From IMG/VR virus record IMGVR_UViG_3300005758_000163, positions 1 to 25,104 of that record: a DNA stretch of 25,104 nucleotides. One strand, 5' to 3'. The notes below the pieces were generated by a model. The model worked only from the letters and a program-made list of their open reading frames with translations, did no database searches and was not told the DNA's origin. Positions 24,589-25,104 of the stretch are shown here, one piece after another. Position numbers and translations under genes: made by a program. This DNA comes from a virus (Duplodnaviria > Caudoviricetes). Within the stretch, counting starts at the first letter, position 1. Every line of letters begins with the position of its first letter.

Positions 24589-25104
24589 TTAGGTTGTTAG
24601 GGTTGTGCAATCAGTATCGGAAAGGGGTGTTGGGAAAAGTGCCATTTGTTGGATGAATAAAGGCACTTCTGCAATACCCAGTAGATATTGTATAGTTGTT
24701 GGGTCAATAGTCAAGCCCGTATAAGATGCAAATACTGAACCATTAACAAATACTTTCAATGTGGTTGTAGTAAATGCAAATGCCACTTTTACATTGTCCG
24801 TTGATGTAGTTCCTATGTTGGTAAAAGTTCCCGAAATCCAACTATATAAAAATAAACGACTTGCAGAACCAACAGAACCAATGCCAAATGTCAATGTACT
24901 TGCACCCACAGTATTGCTTGAAATAAATAATGTAGGATAGCCCGAAACTCTTGGATATGCAATGTTGTTTTTCAACTCCACAAACCAAGTACCCCCACTC
25001 GCTGAAATCAAACCATTGGTGTAGATGTTTGAACGGCTGAAAGAATCTGCAACACGGGTGGCGGTGGCTGATGTTGTTGGTATGTAGGTGGTGGGGTATG
25101 CGCC
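24589..25104 (-). CDS. C-terminal part of a virion fibre/spike protein with beta-sandwich (LamG-like) end; 5' end outside the window
   Basis: Frame open to the window edge: GAYPTTYIPTTSATATRVAD...; S/T/G-rich; ends LSDTDCTTLTT. Confidence 0.7.
   Translation of the reverse strand, partial: GAYPTTYIPTTSATATRVADSFSRSNIYTNGLISASGGTWFVELKNNIAYPRVSGYPTLFISSNTVGASTLTFGIGSVGSASRLFLYSWISGTFTNIGTTSTDNVKVAFAFTTTTLKVFVNGSVFASYTGLTIDPTTIQYLLGIAEVPLFIQQMALFPTPLSDTDCTTLTT

Noticed and set aside
1-25104. tRNA or rRNA genes
   Set aside because: No cloverleaf or T-loop context seen and almost no intergenic space; not confirmed by a scan

Overview
AT-rich segment of a tailed dsDNA phage genome. A Bacteroidota host is inferred from TAnnTTTG -7 promoter boxes, A/T-rich start contexts without Shine-Dalgarno sites, and the gene families present. 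The + strand (1-20274) runs through small early ORFs, a DnaA-domain-IV-like protein, a membrane-anchored GH73-like glucosaminidase, a tandem-RHH plus compact serine recombinase pair, a primase-helicase, a family B DNA polymerase and a MazG-like enzyme. It continues with a class II ribonucleotide reductase interrupted by both a group I intron (11790-12738, GIY-YIG ORF) and an intein (13245-14198), then a DEDDh exonuclease, a u-spanin-like lipoprotein, a metallophosphoesterase, DUF3310 and the large terminase. The - strand (20275-25104) carries a cluster of very basic small proteins, small membrane proteins and the end of a fibre/spike-like gene. The strongest unexplained signal is a dispersed quasi-palindromic 10-mer, TGAGRCCYCA: I counted 12 exact and about 10 one-mismatch copies by eye, in all three reading frames and both orientations, against roughly 0.1-0.2 exact copies expected by chance. 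All family assignments come from motif recognition, not database searches.
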